Below, piece after piece: positions 45,952 through 57,222 of a DNA stretch of 64,000 nucleotides. The position numbers were made by a program, and so were the translations under genes. The stretch comes from Basidiobolus meristosporus CBS 931.73. Taxonomy: Eukaryota > Fungi > Basidiobolomycota. The DNA is taken from positions 1-64,000 of the forward strand of contig MCFE01000037.1 of assembly GCA_002104905.1 (NCBI GenBank), given 5' to 3'. A model generated the notes under the pieces. That model saw nothing but the letters and a program-made list of their open reading frames with translations. It searched no databases and was not told where the DNA came from. Position 1 is the stretch's first letter, and each line of letters starts with the position of its first letter.

Positions 45952-47640
45952 ATGGTCGCAATTAAATTATTATCCGCTGTCTCACTCCTCGCCGCCACTT
46001 CCATGGCTTGGGTTTGGCCCTTGCCTGAGAAGATGGAAATCGGTGAGAGCATCCTGACCGTTAGACATGGCTTCGATATCGACATCGAGGCGAAGTCCGG
46101 AAGAGACATCCTGCGCAGGGCTGTCAAGCGCTACAAGAAGATCATCTTCAACACTGGTGAATATGGTGATCTGTTGCACCCAGTCACCAAAACTGTGTTC
46201 CCCACCCCTACCCCCAATGTGCCAATCCACGAGCCCATCCCCGAGGCCAAGACCACCCGCATCAAGGGTCTTGTCATCAGAGTCAATGGTAAGAACACTG
46301 ACTTGAACATCGAGACCGATGAGTCCTACAAACTTGATGTCCCAGCTGATGGCTCAGAGGCCGTCATCGAGGCCGAGACCGTGTACGGAGCTCTCCGTGG
46401 TTTGGAGTCCTTCTCTCAACTCGTTCACTGGAGCAGTGATGTCAACCAACACCGCATCCCCATGGCTCCAGTCAAGATTGAGGACAAGCCTGCCTTCCCC
46501 CATCGTGGTTTCCTCATCGATACCTCTCGTAACTACCTCCCCATCGCTGACGACATCAAGCGCATCTTGGATGGCATGTCCTACAACAAGCTCAACATCT
46601 TCCACTGGCACGTCATTGACCAGCACAGCTTCCCACTCATGACCAAGACCTACCCTGAGCTGGCCATCCACGGAGCCTACACCAAGAAGTGGATCTACGA
46701 TGAGGATGATGTCCGTGAGATTGTCCGCTATGCCAAGGACAGAGCCATCCGTGTGATTCCTGAGTTCGATATTCCAGGCCATGCTTACTCCTGGGGTCTG
46801 GCTATGCCCGACATCGTCAACTGCATGAACATGCAGCCTGACTGGGACACCTATGCCGCCGAGCCCAACAGCGGTCAACTGGACATCATCAACCCCAAGA
46901 CTGATGAGGTTGTCCAGAACTTCCTCAAGGAAGTCGCCCAATGGTTCGATGATGACTTCATCCACATCGGTGGTGACGAGGTCAACATGAAGTGTTGGGA
47001 GATCACTCCAGGATACCCCGAGTATCTTGAGAAGCACAACAAGACCATGGAGGATGTGCTTCTCGACTTCGTCATCAAGACCCACAACTGGGTCCGCGAC
47101 AACAAGAAGATCCCCATCACCTGGCAAGAGGCCCTCACCAGTCACAACATCTCCATGGAGAAGGACGTTGCCGTCCAGGTGTGGCTCAGCCCTGCGGATG
47201 CTATTGATGTTGTTCGTGCTGGACACAGAGTGATTTCATCCAGCTATGAAAGATGGTATCTTGACTGCGGCCACGGTGGCTGGATCAGTGACAACGAAGG
47301 TAACTCATGGTGTGACCCACACAAGAGCTGGCAAAAGGCATACAACTACGACATCACAGCCAACATGACTGCTGAGGAGGCCAAGCTGGTTATTGGCGGT
47401 GAGGCTCCTGCCTGGGCCGAACAAATCGATACCACCAATATCGATCGTACCTTGTGGCCACGTGGTGCAGCTGTTGCCGAGGTTCTCTGGTCCGGCATCA
47501 AGCTTGAGGATGGCACCTACCGCAAGACCGGTGATGTGTTCCCACGTATTCATGAGCAAAGAGCACGTATGGTTGATCGTGGCATTCGTGCTGTACCTTT
47601 GCAACCTTTGTGGTGTGCTCGTAACCCACGCAATTGCTAA
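45952..47640 (+). CDS. Secreted GH20 beta-N-acetylhexosaminidase, copy 3 (allotype B, 562 aa)
   Basis: Same motifs, with one extra Asp (PIADDIK). TATAAATA at 45910. Confidence 0.97.
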   Translation: MVAIKLLSAVSLLAATSMAWVWPLPEKMEIGESILTVRHGFDIDIEAKSGRDILRRAVKRYKKIIFNTGEYGDLLHPVTKTVFPTPTPNVPIHEPIPEAKTTRIKGLVIRVNGKNTDLNIETDESYKLDVPADGSEAVIEAETVYGALRGLESFSQLVHWSSDVNQHRIPMAPVKIEDKPAFPHRGFLIDTSRNYLPIADDIKRILDGMSYNKLNIFHWHVIDQHSFPLMTKTYPELAIHGAYTKKWIYDEDDVREIVRYAKDRAIRVIPEFDIPGHAYSWGLAMPDIVNCMNMQPDWDTYAAEPNSGQLDIINPKTDEVVQNFLKEVAQWFDDDFIHIGGDEVNMKCWEITPGYPEYLEKHNKTMEDVLLDFVIKTHNWVRDNKKIPITWQEALTSHNISMEKDVAVQVWLSPADAIDVVRAGHRVISSSYERWYLDCGHGGWISDNEGNSWCDPHKSWQKAYNYDITANMTAEEAKLVIGGEAPAWAEQIDTTNIDRTLWPRGAAVAEVLWSGIKLEDGTYRKTGDVFPRIHEQRARMVDRGIRAVPLQPLWCARNPRNC

Positions 47641-48435
47641 AGATACAAGATGGGTTTTGCACATCTAATTGATGGCCCTCATTTTTACATTTGATGTTAA
47701 CAATTTCTTCATTCGATATCTGTAATAAAACCAACTTATTTATGTAATTGATTTGGCAATAGTATCTATGCATTATGTCAATCTACAATGATATTTCCGT
47801 TAGACTAAGAATCTTAGACACGTTTGCCATAAAAGGTATCTCTTTAAATTGCGGAGAACGGAGCACGGAAAATATTCCTCAAATGTATGGGTATCAAATT
47901 GAATTTAAGAGGTTTCTAGAAGTGTAACGAGTCTGGTTGGAAAAGATTTTCACACCATACGAGTGATGGAATGGCACCAATGGCTGTCGCACACAATAAT
48001 TCTAGGTTAGAGAGTACTACGCCACAAAAAGACCACATGGATAGCATTGGGAACTGAAATGGGTCATATGTCGCTTCAGCAGGAATACAAAATCACGTAT
48101 TAACTAAAAAAAAATTCCCCTCTACTAAAGTAAAATGGTATAACTAGGCTTAAGGCCATGCCTTATCCAAATCAAATGTGGAGAACAACATGTGGGAATG
48201 CTACTTGAAATTTTCAGTTAAATTGATAGCTAAATTTAATGATTATATAGTTCGCGATCGCTACACTAGTTTAAATTTAGTGAATTCCTTTGAACCCCGA
48301 CTGTTTATTGGCTGTATCACAGGTCATCAGAAGAATTAGGTCTCCACAAACTGATTCCTAGAAATGAAGAACATATAAATAAGTCAGTTATTGACGTTGT
48401 CTACAAATCACAAGAATCAAAATCCATTTACAATA

Positions 48436-50121
48436 ATGGTAGCAATCAAACTCCTCTCCGCTGTCTCACTCCTGGCTGCTTCTTCCATGGCTTGGGTTTG
48501 GCCCTTGCCTGAGAAGATGGAAATCGGTGAGAGCATCCTGACAGTCAGACATGGCTTCGATATCGACATCGAGGCTAAGTCTGGAAGAGATATCCTACGC
48601 AGGGCTGTCAAGCGCTACAAGAAGATCATCTTCAACACTGGTGAATATGGTGATCTGTTGCACCCAGTCACCAAAACTGTGTTCCCCACCCCTACTCCCA
48701 ACGTGCCAATCCACGAGCCCATCCCCGAAGCCAAGACCACTCGCATCAAGGGTCTTGTCATCAGAGTCAATGGTGAGAACACTGACTTGAACATCGAGAC
48801 CGATGAGTCCTACAAACTTGACGTCCCAGCTGATGGCTCAGAGGCTGTCATCGAGGCCGAGACCGTGTACGGAGCTCTCCGTGGTTTGGAGTCCTTCTCT
48901 CAACTCGTTCACTGGAGCAGTGATGTCAACCAACACCGCATCCCCATGGCCCCAGTCAAGATCGAGGACAAGCCTGCCTTCCCCCATCGTGGTTTCCTCA
49001 TCGATACCTCTCGTAACTACCTCCCCATCGCTGACATCAAGCGCATCTTGGATGGCATGTCCTACAACAAGCTCAACATCTTCCACTGGCACGTCATCGA
49101 CCAGCACAGCTTCCCCCTCATGACCAAGACCTACCCTGAGCTGGCCATCCACGGAGCCTACACCAAGAAGTGGATCTACGACGAGGATGATGTCCGTGAG
49201 ATTGTCCGCTATGCCAAGGACAGAGCCATCCGTGTGATTCCTGAGTTCGATATTCCAGGCCATGCTTACTCCTGGGGTCTGGCTATGCCCGACATCGTCA
49301 ACTGCATGAACATGCAGCCTGACTGGGACACCTATGCCGCCGAGCCCAACAGCGGTCAACTGGACATCATCAACCCCAAGACTGATGAGGTTGTCCAGAA
49401 CTTCCTCAAGGAAGTCGCCCAATGGTTCGATGATGACTTCATCCACATCGGTGGTGACGAGGTCAACATGAAGTGTTGGGAGATCACTCCAGGATACCCC
49501 GAGTATCTTGAGAAGCACAACAAGACCATGGAGGATGTGCTCTCCGACTTCGTCATCAAGACCCACAACTGGGTCCGCGACAACAAGAAGATCCCCATCA
49601 CCTGGCAAGAGGCCCTCACCAGTCACAACATCTCCATGGAGAAGGATGTTGCCGTCCAGGTGTGGCTCAGCCCTGCGGATGCTATTGATGTTGTCCGTGC
49701 TGGACACAGAGTGATTTCATCCAGCTATGAAAGATGGTACCTTGACTGCGGTCACGGTGGCTGGATCAGTGACAACGAAGGCAACTCATGGTGTGACCCA
49801 CACAAGAGCTGGCAAAAGGCATACAACTATGACATCACAGCCAACATGACTGCTGAGGAGGCCAAGCTGGTTATTGGCGGTGAGGCTCCTGCCTGGGCCG
49901 AACAAATCGATATCACCAATATCGATCGTACCTTGTGGCCACGTGGTGCAGCTGTTGCCGAGGTTCTCTGGTCCGGCATCAAGCTTGAGGATGGCACCTA
50001 CCGCAAGACCGGTGATGTGTTCCCACGTATTCATGAGCAAAGAGCACGCATGGTTGATCGTGGCATTCGTGCTGTACCTTTGCAACCTTTGTGGTGTGCT
50101 CGTAATCCACGCAATTGCTAA
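48436..50121 (+). CDS. Secreted GH20 beta-N-acetylhexosaminidase, copy 4 (allotype B)
   Basis: Same motifs. TATAAATA at 48374. Confidence 0.97.
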   Translation: MVAIKLLSAVSLLAASSMAWVWPLPEKMEIGESILTVRHGFDIDIEAKSGRDILRRAVKRYKKIIFNTGEYGDLLHPVTKTVFPTPTPNVPIHEPIPEAKTTRIKGLVIRVNGENTDLNIETDESYKLDVPADGSEAVIEAETVYGALRGLESFSQLVHWSSDVNQHRIPMAPVKIEDKPAFPHRGFLIDTSRNYLPIADIKRILDGMSYNKLNIFHWHVIDQHSFPLMTKTYPELAIHGAYTKKWIYDEDDVREIVRYAKDRAIRVIPEFDIPGHAYSWGLAMPDIVNCMNMQPDWDTYAAEPNSGQLDIINPKTDEVVQNFLKEVAQWFDDDFIHIGGDEVNMKCWEITPGYPEYLEKHNKTMEDVLSDFVIKTHNWVRDNKKIPITWQEALTSHNISMEKDVAVQVWLSPADAIDVVRAGHRVISSSYERWYLDCGHGGWISDNEGNSWCDPHKSWQKAYNYDITANMTAEEAKLVIGGEAPAWAEQIDITNIDRTLWPRGAAVAEVLWSGIKLEDGTYRKTGDVFPRIHEQRARMVDRGIRAVPLQPLWCARNPRNC

Positions 50122-50845
50122 TATTGGATGAACAGTATAAGTTAAAAATCAATGATCTTGTGACAGCTTGCTGAATATTAATAAATATACCCCTTTTGTG
50201 TACTGTAATAACAGTTTCATTTGTTGTGGGTTCGAATATTGAAATTTACGCTAGTTATTTACGATAAATACATTTGCGGGTGATACGAAATGGTTCGGCA
50301 ATATAGAGTAAATCTCAAACCATTTTCGTTGAAATAATGTAAATTTCTAACTATAGGCGAAAAGATTTCCTTATATGATCTAATTACAGCTCGTGGTAGT
50401 AAAATCATCCTGATGCCTGGATTTTATATGCCATCCAACCAAGTAATAATGCTTATACCGTTTGAGATGAATGGTAACTATTAATTAATATCACCCCTCG
50501 AAAATTCTACAAATGAAGCAGTGTCATCCATTCTAGATTGGAGATTACCTTGACTAGAATGGTTAGAAAAAATCATCCAGGAAATTCTATTTCCCTTAAG
50601 AGTTGTGGCGGGCGCGATCATTTTCTCACTGCGAATAAATATATATACCATTTGAAACTCAGTGATGGAAAATAGACATATTGTTTTTTAGTACATTGCG
50701 CGTCGGACCTAGAATGACAAATGAAATATAGCCAAAGTATTTTGAGAAAAGTCAGCGAGTGGAGTAAGAATCTTCTTTTAGTGTAGAATTTCCCTATAAA
50801 TAGCGTACGGTATTGGTATGCATTTCGTACAAAAAATTCGATTCT

Positions 50846-52531
50846 ATGGTTGCGATCAAACTACTTTCTGCTGTCTCCCTCCTCGCCGCATCTTCCATGG
50901 CTTGGGTTTGGCCCTTGCCTGAGAAGATGGAAATCGGTGAGAGCATCCTGACAGTCAGAAATGGCTTCGATATCGACATTGAGGCTAAGTCTGGAAGAGA
51001 CATCCTGCGCAGGGCTGTCAAGCGCTACAAGAAGATCATCTTCAACACTGGCGAGTTCGGTGACTTGTTGCACCCAGTCACCAAAACTGTGTTCCCCACC
51101 CCCACCCCCAATGTGCCAATCCACGAGCCCATCCCCGAGGCCAAGACCACTCGCATCAAGGGTCTTGTCATCAGAGTCAATGGTGAGAACACTGACTTGA
51201 ACATCGAGACCGATGAGTCCTACAAACTTGACGTCCCAGCTGATGGCTCAGAGGCTGTCATCGAGGCCGAGACCGTGTACGGAGCTCTCCGTGGTTTGGA
51301 GTCCTTCTCTCAACTCGTTCACTGGAGCAGTGATGTCAACCAACACCGCATCCCCATGGCCCCAGTCAAGATCGAGGACAAGCCTGCCTTCCCCCATCGT
51401 GGTTTCCTCATCGATACCTCTCGTAACTACCTCCCTGTTGACGACATCAAGCGCATCTTGGATGGCATGTCCTACAACAAGCTCAACATCTTCCACTGGC
51501 ACGTCATTGACCAGCACAGCTTCCCCCTCATGACCAAGACCTACCCTGAGCTGGCCATCCACGGAGCCTACACCAAGAAGTGGATCTACGATGAGGATGA
51601 TGTCCGTGAGATTGTCCGCTATGCCAAGGACAGAGCCATCCGTGTGATTCCTGAGTTCGATATTCCAGGCCATGCTTACTCCTGGGGTCTGGCTATGCCC
51701 GACATCGTCAACTGCATGAACATGCAGCCCGACTGGGACACCTATGCCGCCGAGCCCAACAGCGGACAACTGGACATCATCAACCCCAAGACTGATGAGG
51801 TTGTCCAGAACTTCCTCAAGGAAGTCGCCCAATGGTTCGATGACGACTTCATCCACATCGGTGGTGACGAGGTCAACATGAAGTGTTGGGAGATCACTCC
51901 AGGATACCCCGAGTATCTTGAGAAGCACAACAAGACCATGGAGGATGTGCTCTCCGACTTCGTCATCAAGACCCACAAATGGGTCCGTGAGAACAACAAG
52001 ACCCCCATCACCTGGCAAGAGGCCCTCACCAATCACAACATCTCCATGGAGAAGGACGTTGCCGTCCAGGTGTGGCTCAGCCCTGAGGATGCTATTGATG
52101 TTGTCCGTGCTGGACACAGAGTGATTTCATCCAGCTATGAAAGATGGTATCTTGACTGCGGTCACGGTGGCTGGATTAGTGACAACGAAGGCAACTCGTG
52201 GTGCGATCCCTTCAAGAGCTGGCAAAAGGCATACAACTACGACATCACAGCCAACATGACTGCTGAGGAGGCCAAGCTGGTTATTGGCGGTGAGGCTCCT
52301 GCCTGGGCCGAACAAATCGACCCCATGAACATTCACCAAACCTTGTGGCCACGTGGTGCTGCTGTTGCCGAGGTTCTCTGGTCCGGTATCAAGCTTGAGG
52401 ATGGCACCTACCGCAAGACCGGTGATGTGTTCCCACGTATTCATGAGCAAAGAGCACGCATGGTTGACCGTGGTCTTCCTGCCGAACCTTTGCAACCTTT
52501 GTGGTGTGCACGCAACCCAAGAAACTGCTAA
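50846..52531 (+). CDS. Secreted GH20 beta-N-acetylhexosaminidase, copy 5 (allotype A)
   Basis: Same motifs. TATAAATA at 50795. Confidence 0.97.
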   Translation: MVAIKLLSAVSLLAASSMAWVWPLPEKMEIGESILTVRNGFDIDIEAKSGRDILRRAVKRYKKIIFNTGEFGDLLHPVTKTVFPTPTPNVPIHEPIPEAKTTRIKGLVIRVNGENTDLNIETDESYKLDVPADGSEAVIEAETVYGALRGLESFSQLVHWSSDVNQHRIPMAPVKIEDKPAFPHRGFLIDTSRNYLPVDDIKRILDGMSYNKLNIFHWHVIDQHSFPLMTKTYPELAIHGAYTKKWIYDEDDVREIVRYAKDRAIRVIPEFDIPGHAYSWGLAMPDIVNCMNMQPDWDTYAAEPNSGQLDIINPKTDEVVQNFLKEVAQWFDDDFIHIGGDEVNMKCWEITPGYPEYLEKHNKTMEDVLSDFVIKTHKWVRENNKTPITWQEALTNHNISMEKDVAVQVWLSPEDAIDVVRAGHRVISSSYERWYLDCGHGGWISDNEGNSWCDPFKSWQKAYNYDITANMTAEEAKLVIGGEAPAWAEQIDPMNIHQTLWPRGAAVAEVLWSGIKLEDGTYRKTGDVFPRIHEQRARMVDRGLPAEPLQPLWCARNPRNC

Positions 52532-53242
52532 AGGGCATACCAAGATAATTTTGATATAGTATTGACTAAATTTCATGTTGTAAAGGCACATAATAGCATT
52601 TCAATAAAATCAATGAATAGCATCAATGTAGTCCCATTTTTGAATTAAGTCCTATAAATCTGGATTTGCAACTTATTTAAACGAATGAATTGTGACCTCT
52701 AGAATCCAGAATAATATTATAATGGGAGAGGTAGCACCAAGGAGCCATTTTACTGCACCCGTTTGTTACACGGAGATTTAATGTGCACACTTCACTAATG
52801 CAAGGACAGATTGTATAATCAGCTAGGATGAAGATAATGGCGCCACAGATACACGTTACTAACGCCTTCATTTCTCGAGAATTTCGAAGGAATGACATAT
52901 CAAATACTTGGAAATTCATTAGCGGCCTCAAAATCAGTAGGATAGTTCTCATTATGGTACTGTAACGTGAAAGCAATATTTTAATTTAACTCGAAATTGA
53001 TGCCAATACGATGCTTTTACCATTGGTAATATTACCATTGAAAGTTGTAGCCACATAACTGGCCTTTCCTTTTCATTCTACCCTGTTACTTATGGTTTGA
53101 TTGATTGTAAACTTCGTGCGTAAAAGAATTTACTATTGCGAATTTTCCAGCGTCCCGCGAAAGAACTGACAATATAAATACTCACGACCATGCCCAATAG
53201 TTAAAGCATACCCCATAACAGAAAACACCAACAGTAACATAA

Positions 53243-54928
53243 ATGGTGGCAATCAAGCTTCTCTCTGCTGTCTCCCTCCTCGCCGCATCTTCCATGGCTT
53301 GGGTTTGGCCCTTGCCTGAGAAGATGGAAATCGGTGAGAGCATCCTGACCGTTAGACATGGCTTCGATATCGATATCGAGGCTAAGTCCGGAAGAGATAT
53401 CCTGCGCAGGGCTGTCAAGCGCTACAAGAAGATCATCTTCAACACTGGCGAGTTCGGTGACTTGTTGCACCCAGTCACCAAAACTGTGTTCCCCACCCCC
53501 ACCCCCAATGTGCCAATCCACGAGCCCATCCCCGAGGCCAAGACCACTCGCATCAAGGGTCTTGTCATCAGAGTCAATGGTGAGAACACTGACTTGAACA
53601 TCGAGACCGATGAGTCCTACAAACTTGATGTCCCAGCTGATGGCTCAGAGGCTGTCATCGAGGCCGAGACCGTGTACGGAGCTCTCCGTGGTTTGGAGTC
53701 CTTCTCTCAACTCGTTCACTGGAGCAGTGATGTCAACCAACACCGCATCCCCATGGCTCCGGTCAAGATCGAGGACAAGCCTGCCTTCCCCCATCGTGGT
53801 TTCCTCATCGATACCTCTCGTAACTACCTCCCCATCGCTGACATCAAGCGCATCTTGGATGGCATGTCCTACAACAAGCTCAACATCTTCCACTGGCACG
53901 TCATCGACCAGCACAGCTTCCCCCTCATGACCAAGACCTACCCTGAGCTGGCCATCCACGGAGCCTACACCAAGAAGTGGATCTACGATGAGGATGATGT
54001 CCGTGAGATTGTCCGCTATGCCAAGGACAGAGCCATCCGTGTGATTCCTGAGTTCGATATTCCAGGCCATGCTTACTCCTGGGGTCTGGCTATGCCTGAC
54101 ATCGTCAACTGCATGAACATGCAGCCCGATTGGGACACCTATGCCGCCGAGCCCAACAGCGGTCAACTGGACATCATCAACCCCAAGACTGATGAGGTTG
54201 TCCAGAACTTCCTCAAGGAAGTCGCCCAATGGTTCGATGACGACTTCATCCACATCGGTGGTGACGAGGTCAACATGAAGTGTTGGGAGATCACTCCAGG
54301 ATACCCCGAGTATCTTGAGAAGCACAACAAGACCATGGAGGATGTGCTCTCCGACTTCGTCATCAAGACCCACAAATGGGTCCGTGAGAACAACAAGACC
54401 CCCATCACCTGGCAAGAGGCCCTCACCAATCACAACATCTCCATGGAGAAGGACGTTGCCGTCCAGGTGTGGCTCAGCCCTGAGGATGCTATTGATGTTG
54501 TCCGTGCTGGACACAGAGTGATTTCATCCAGCTATGAAAGATGGTATCTTGACTGCGGTCACGGTGGCTGGATTAGTGACAACGAAGGCAACTCGTGGTG
54601 CGATCCCTTCAAGAGCTGGCAAAAGGCATACAACTACGACATCACAGCCAACATGACTGCTGAGGAGGCCAAGCTGGTTATTGGCGGTGAGGCTCCTGCC
54701 TGGGCCGAACAAATCGACCCCATGAACATTCACCAAACCTTGTGGCCACGTGGTGCTGCTGTTGCCGAGGTTCTCTGGTCCGGCATCAAGCTTGAGGACG
54801 GCACCTACCGCAAGACCGGTGATGTGTTCCCACGTATTCATGAGCAAAGAGCACGCATGGTTGACCGTGGTCTTCCTGCCGAGCCTTTGCAACCTTTGTG
54901 GTGTGCTCGCAACCCCAGAAACTGCTAA
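53243..54928 (+). CDS. Secreted GH20 beta-N-acetylhexosaminidase, copy 6 (allotype A with B-type PIADIK)
   Basis: Same motifs. TATAAATA at 53173. Confidence 0.97.
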   Translation: MVAIKLLSAVSLLAASSMAWVWPLPEKMEIGESILTVRHGFDIDIEAKSGRDILRRAVKRYKKIIFNTGEFGDLLHPVTKTVFPTPTPNVPIHEPIPEAKTTRIKGLVIRVNGENTDLNIETDESYKLDVPADGSEAVIEAETVYGALRGLESFSQLVHWSSDVNQHRIPMAPVKIEDKPAFPHRGFLIDTSRNYLPIADIKRILDGMSYNKLNIFHWHVIDQHSFPLMTKTYPELAIHGAYTKKWIYDEDDVREIVRYAKDRAIRVIPEFDIPGHAYSWGLAMPDIVNCMNMQPDWDTYAAEPNSGQLDIINPKTDEVVQNFLKEVAQWFDDDFIHIGGDEVNMKCWEITPGYPEYLEKHNKTMEDVLSDFVIKTHKWVRENNKTPITWQEALTNHNISMEKDVAVQVWLSPEDAIDVVRAGHRVISSSYERWYLDCGHGGWISDNEGNSWCDPFKSWQKAYNYDITANMTAEEAKLVIGGEAPAWAEQIDPMNIHQTLWPRGAAVAEVLWSGIKLEDGTYRKTGDVFPRIHEQRARMVDRGLPAEPLQPLWCARNPRNC

Positions 54929-55536
54929 ATGGCTTACCCTAAATGCTTCGACCAGGTTATGTTGAAGATGAAAGCCGAATAAGCATCATGATTTTTGAAG
55001 TTTTTTAATAATTAAGTTATAAATCAACAATAACGGCAATGATATAAATAAACACATTTCCCTACTAATTGCAGACGTGTGAATATTTCCAGACAATCTT
55101 TTCTATTGAAAACCTTTCCCCTGGGATGTCGAGAGTATCAAATTCATATGGTGGCGTAATATGGTTAGTTTTTATTCACTCACTGTGATGATCCCAGATA
55201 AATTTAGTTAAAATCCTTGAGCATTTCATCCTTAATGGTTATATAGCGTAAGTTACAGTGATTAATACTTGCTATTTATAGCTTGATTAAGTCCCAACAA
55301 ATCCAAGTGATTTTCTATAAATTCGGTGAGCTTAAACTGCATTTGGATAGAATGGAAATTGTGGAGGTCTTCAGGCTGGAGTAGGATGTTGTTTTTAATC
55401 TGAATTACCTCCATTCATAGTCACATCGAGCAGCCATATATAGCACCTGGACCTTCCTAGATTCCAGCACGCATTCCGACTCCTTATAAATAATGCAACC
55501 AGGATTCTGTCTAGGAACAATTCATTTCCTCACTCG

Positions 55537-57222
55537 ATGGTTGCTATTAAACTACTCTCCGCTGTTTCGCTCCTTGCCGCCTCTTCCATGGCTTGGGTTT
55601 GGCCCTTGCCTGAGAAGATGGAAATCGGTGAGAGCATCCTGACCGTTAGACATGGCTTCGATATCGACATTGAGGCTAAGTCCGGAAGAGACATCCTGCG
55701 CAGGGCGGTCAAGCGCTACAAGAAGATCATCTTCAACACTGGTGAATATGGTGATCTGTTGCACCCAGTCACCAAAACTGTGTTCCCCACCCCTACTCCC
55801 AATGTGCCAATCCATGAGCCCATCCCCGAAGCCAAGACCACTCGCATCAAGGGTCTCGTCATCAGAGTCAATGGCGAGAACACTGACTTGAACATCGAGA
55901 CCGATGAGTCCTACAAACTTGATGTCCCAGCTGATGGCTCAGAGGCTGTCATCGAGGCCGAGACCGTGTACGGAGCTCTCCGTGGTTTGGAGTCCTTCTC
56001 TCAACTCGTTCACTGGAGCAGTGATGTCAACCAACACCGCATCCCCATGGCTCCGGTCAAGATCGAGGACAAGCCTGCCTTCCCCCATCGTGGTTTCCTC
56101 ATCGATACCTCCCGTAACTACCTCCCCATCGCTGACATCAAGCGCATCTTGGATGGCATGTCCTACAACAAGCTCAACATCTTCCACTGGCACGTCATCG
56201 ACCAGCACAGCTTCCCCCTCATGACCAAGACCTACCCTGAGCTGGCCATCCACGGAGCCTACACCAAGAAGTGGATCTACGATGAGGATGATGTCCGTGA
56301 GATTGTCCGCTATGCCAAGGACAGAGCCATCCGTGTGATTCCTGAGTTCGATATTCCAGGCCATGCTTACTCCTGGGGTCTGGCTATGCCCGACATCGTC
56401 AACTGCATGAACATGCAGCCCGACTGGGACACCTATGCCGCCGAGCCCAACAGCGGTCAACTGGACATCATCAACCCCAAGACTGATGAGGTTGTCCAGA
56501 ACTTCCTCAAGGAAGTCGCCCAATGGTTCGATGACGACTTCATCCACATCGGTGGTGACGAGGTCAACATGAAGTGTTGGGAGATCACTCCAGGATACCC
56601 CGAGTATCTTGAGAAGCACAACAAGACCATGGAGGATGTGCTCTCCGACTTCGTCATCAAGACCCACAACTGGGTCCGCGACAACAAGAAGATCCCCATC
56701 ACCTGGCAAGAAGCCCTCACCAGTCACAACATCTCCATGGAGAAGGATGTTGCCGTCCAGGTGTGGCTCAGCCCTGCGGATGCTATAGATGTTGTCCGTG
56801 CTGGACACAGAGTGATTTCATCCAGCTATGAAAGATGGTATCTTGACTGCGGTCACGGTGGCTGGATCAGTGATAACGAAGGCAACTCATGGTGTGACCC
56901 ACACAAGAGCTGGCAAAAGGCATACAACTACGATATCACAGCCAACATGACTGCTGAGGAGGCCAAGCTGGTTATTGGCGGTGAGGCTCCTGCCTGGGCC
57001 GAACAAATCGATACCACCAACATTGATCGTACCTTGTGGCCACGTGGCGCTGCTGTTGCCGAGGTTCTCTGGTCCGGCATCAAGCTTGAGGATGGCACCT
57101 ACCGCAAGACCGGTGATGTGTTCCCACGTATTCATGAGCAAAGAGCACGTATGGTTGACCGTGGCATTCGTGCTGTACCTTTGCAACCTTTGTGGTGTGC
57201 TCGTAACCCACGCAATTGCTAA
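55537..57222 (+). CDS. Secreted GH20 beta-N-acetylhexosaminidase, copy 7 (allotype B)
   Basis: Same motifs. TATAAATA at 55485. Confidence 0.97.
   Translation: MVAIKLLSAVSLLAASSMAWVWPLPEKMEIGESILTVRHGFDIDIEAKSGRDILRRAVKRYKKIIFNTGEYGDLLHPVTKTVFPTPTPNVPIHEPIPEAKTTRIKGLVIRVNGENTDLNIETDESYKLDVPADGSEAVIEAETVYGALRGLESFSQLVHWSSDVNQHRIPMAPVKIEDKPAFPHRGFLIDTSRNYLPIADIKRILDGMSYNKLNIFHWHVIDQHSFPLMTKTYPELAIHGAYTKKWIYDEDDVREIVRYAKDRAIRVIPEFDIPGHAYSWGLAMPDIVNCMNMQPDWDTYAAEPNSGQLDIINPKTDEVVQNFLKEVAQWFDDDFIHIGGDEVNMKCWEITPGYPEYLEKHNKTMEDVLSDFVIKTHNWVRDNKKIPITWQEALTSHNISMEKDVAVQVWLSPADAIDVVRAGHRVISSSYERWYLDCGHGGWISDNEGNSWCDPHKSWQKAYNYDITANMTAEEAKLVIGGEAPAWAEQIDTTNIDRTLWPRGAAVAEVLWSGIKLEDGTYRKTGDVFPRIHEQRARMVDRGIRAVPLQPLWCARNPRNC

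Noticed and set aside
45760-48352. CACAAA (Ndt80/Ron1-like) motifs in some GH20 promoters (~45765, ~48021, ~48343)
   Set aside because: The motif is short and AT-rich, is absent from several spacers and is expected by chance. It needs enrichment testing before any claim.
41776-56808. Seven ~289-aa antisense ORFs (and smaller overlapping ORFs) repeated inside every GH20 copy
   Set aside because: They are shadows of the strongly C-ending codon usage of the sense gene, which removes antisense stops. They show no independent motif or promoter.
41374-57222. Repeat/unique-spacer alternation superficially resembling CRISPR or a silent-cassette system
   Set aside because: The repeats are complete 1.7-kb genes, each with its own TATA box and signal peptide. 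There are no cas genes and no promoterless cassettes.
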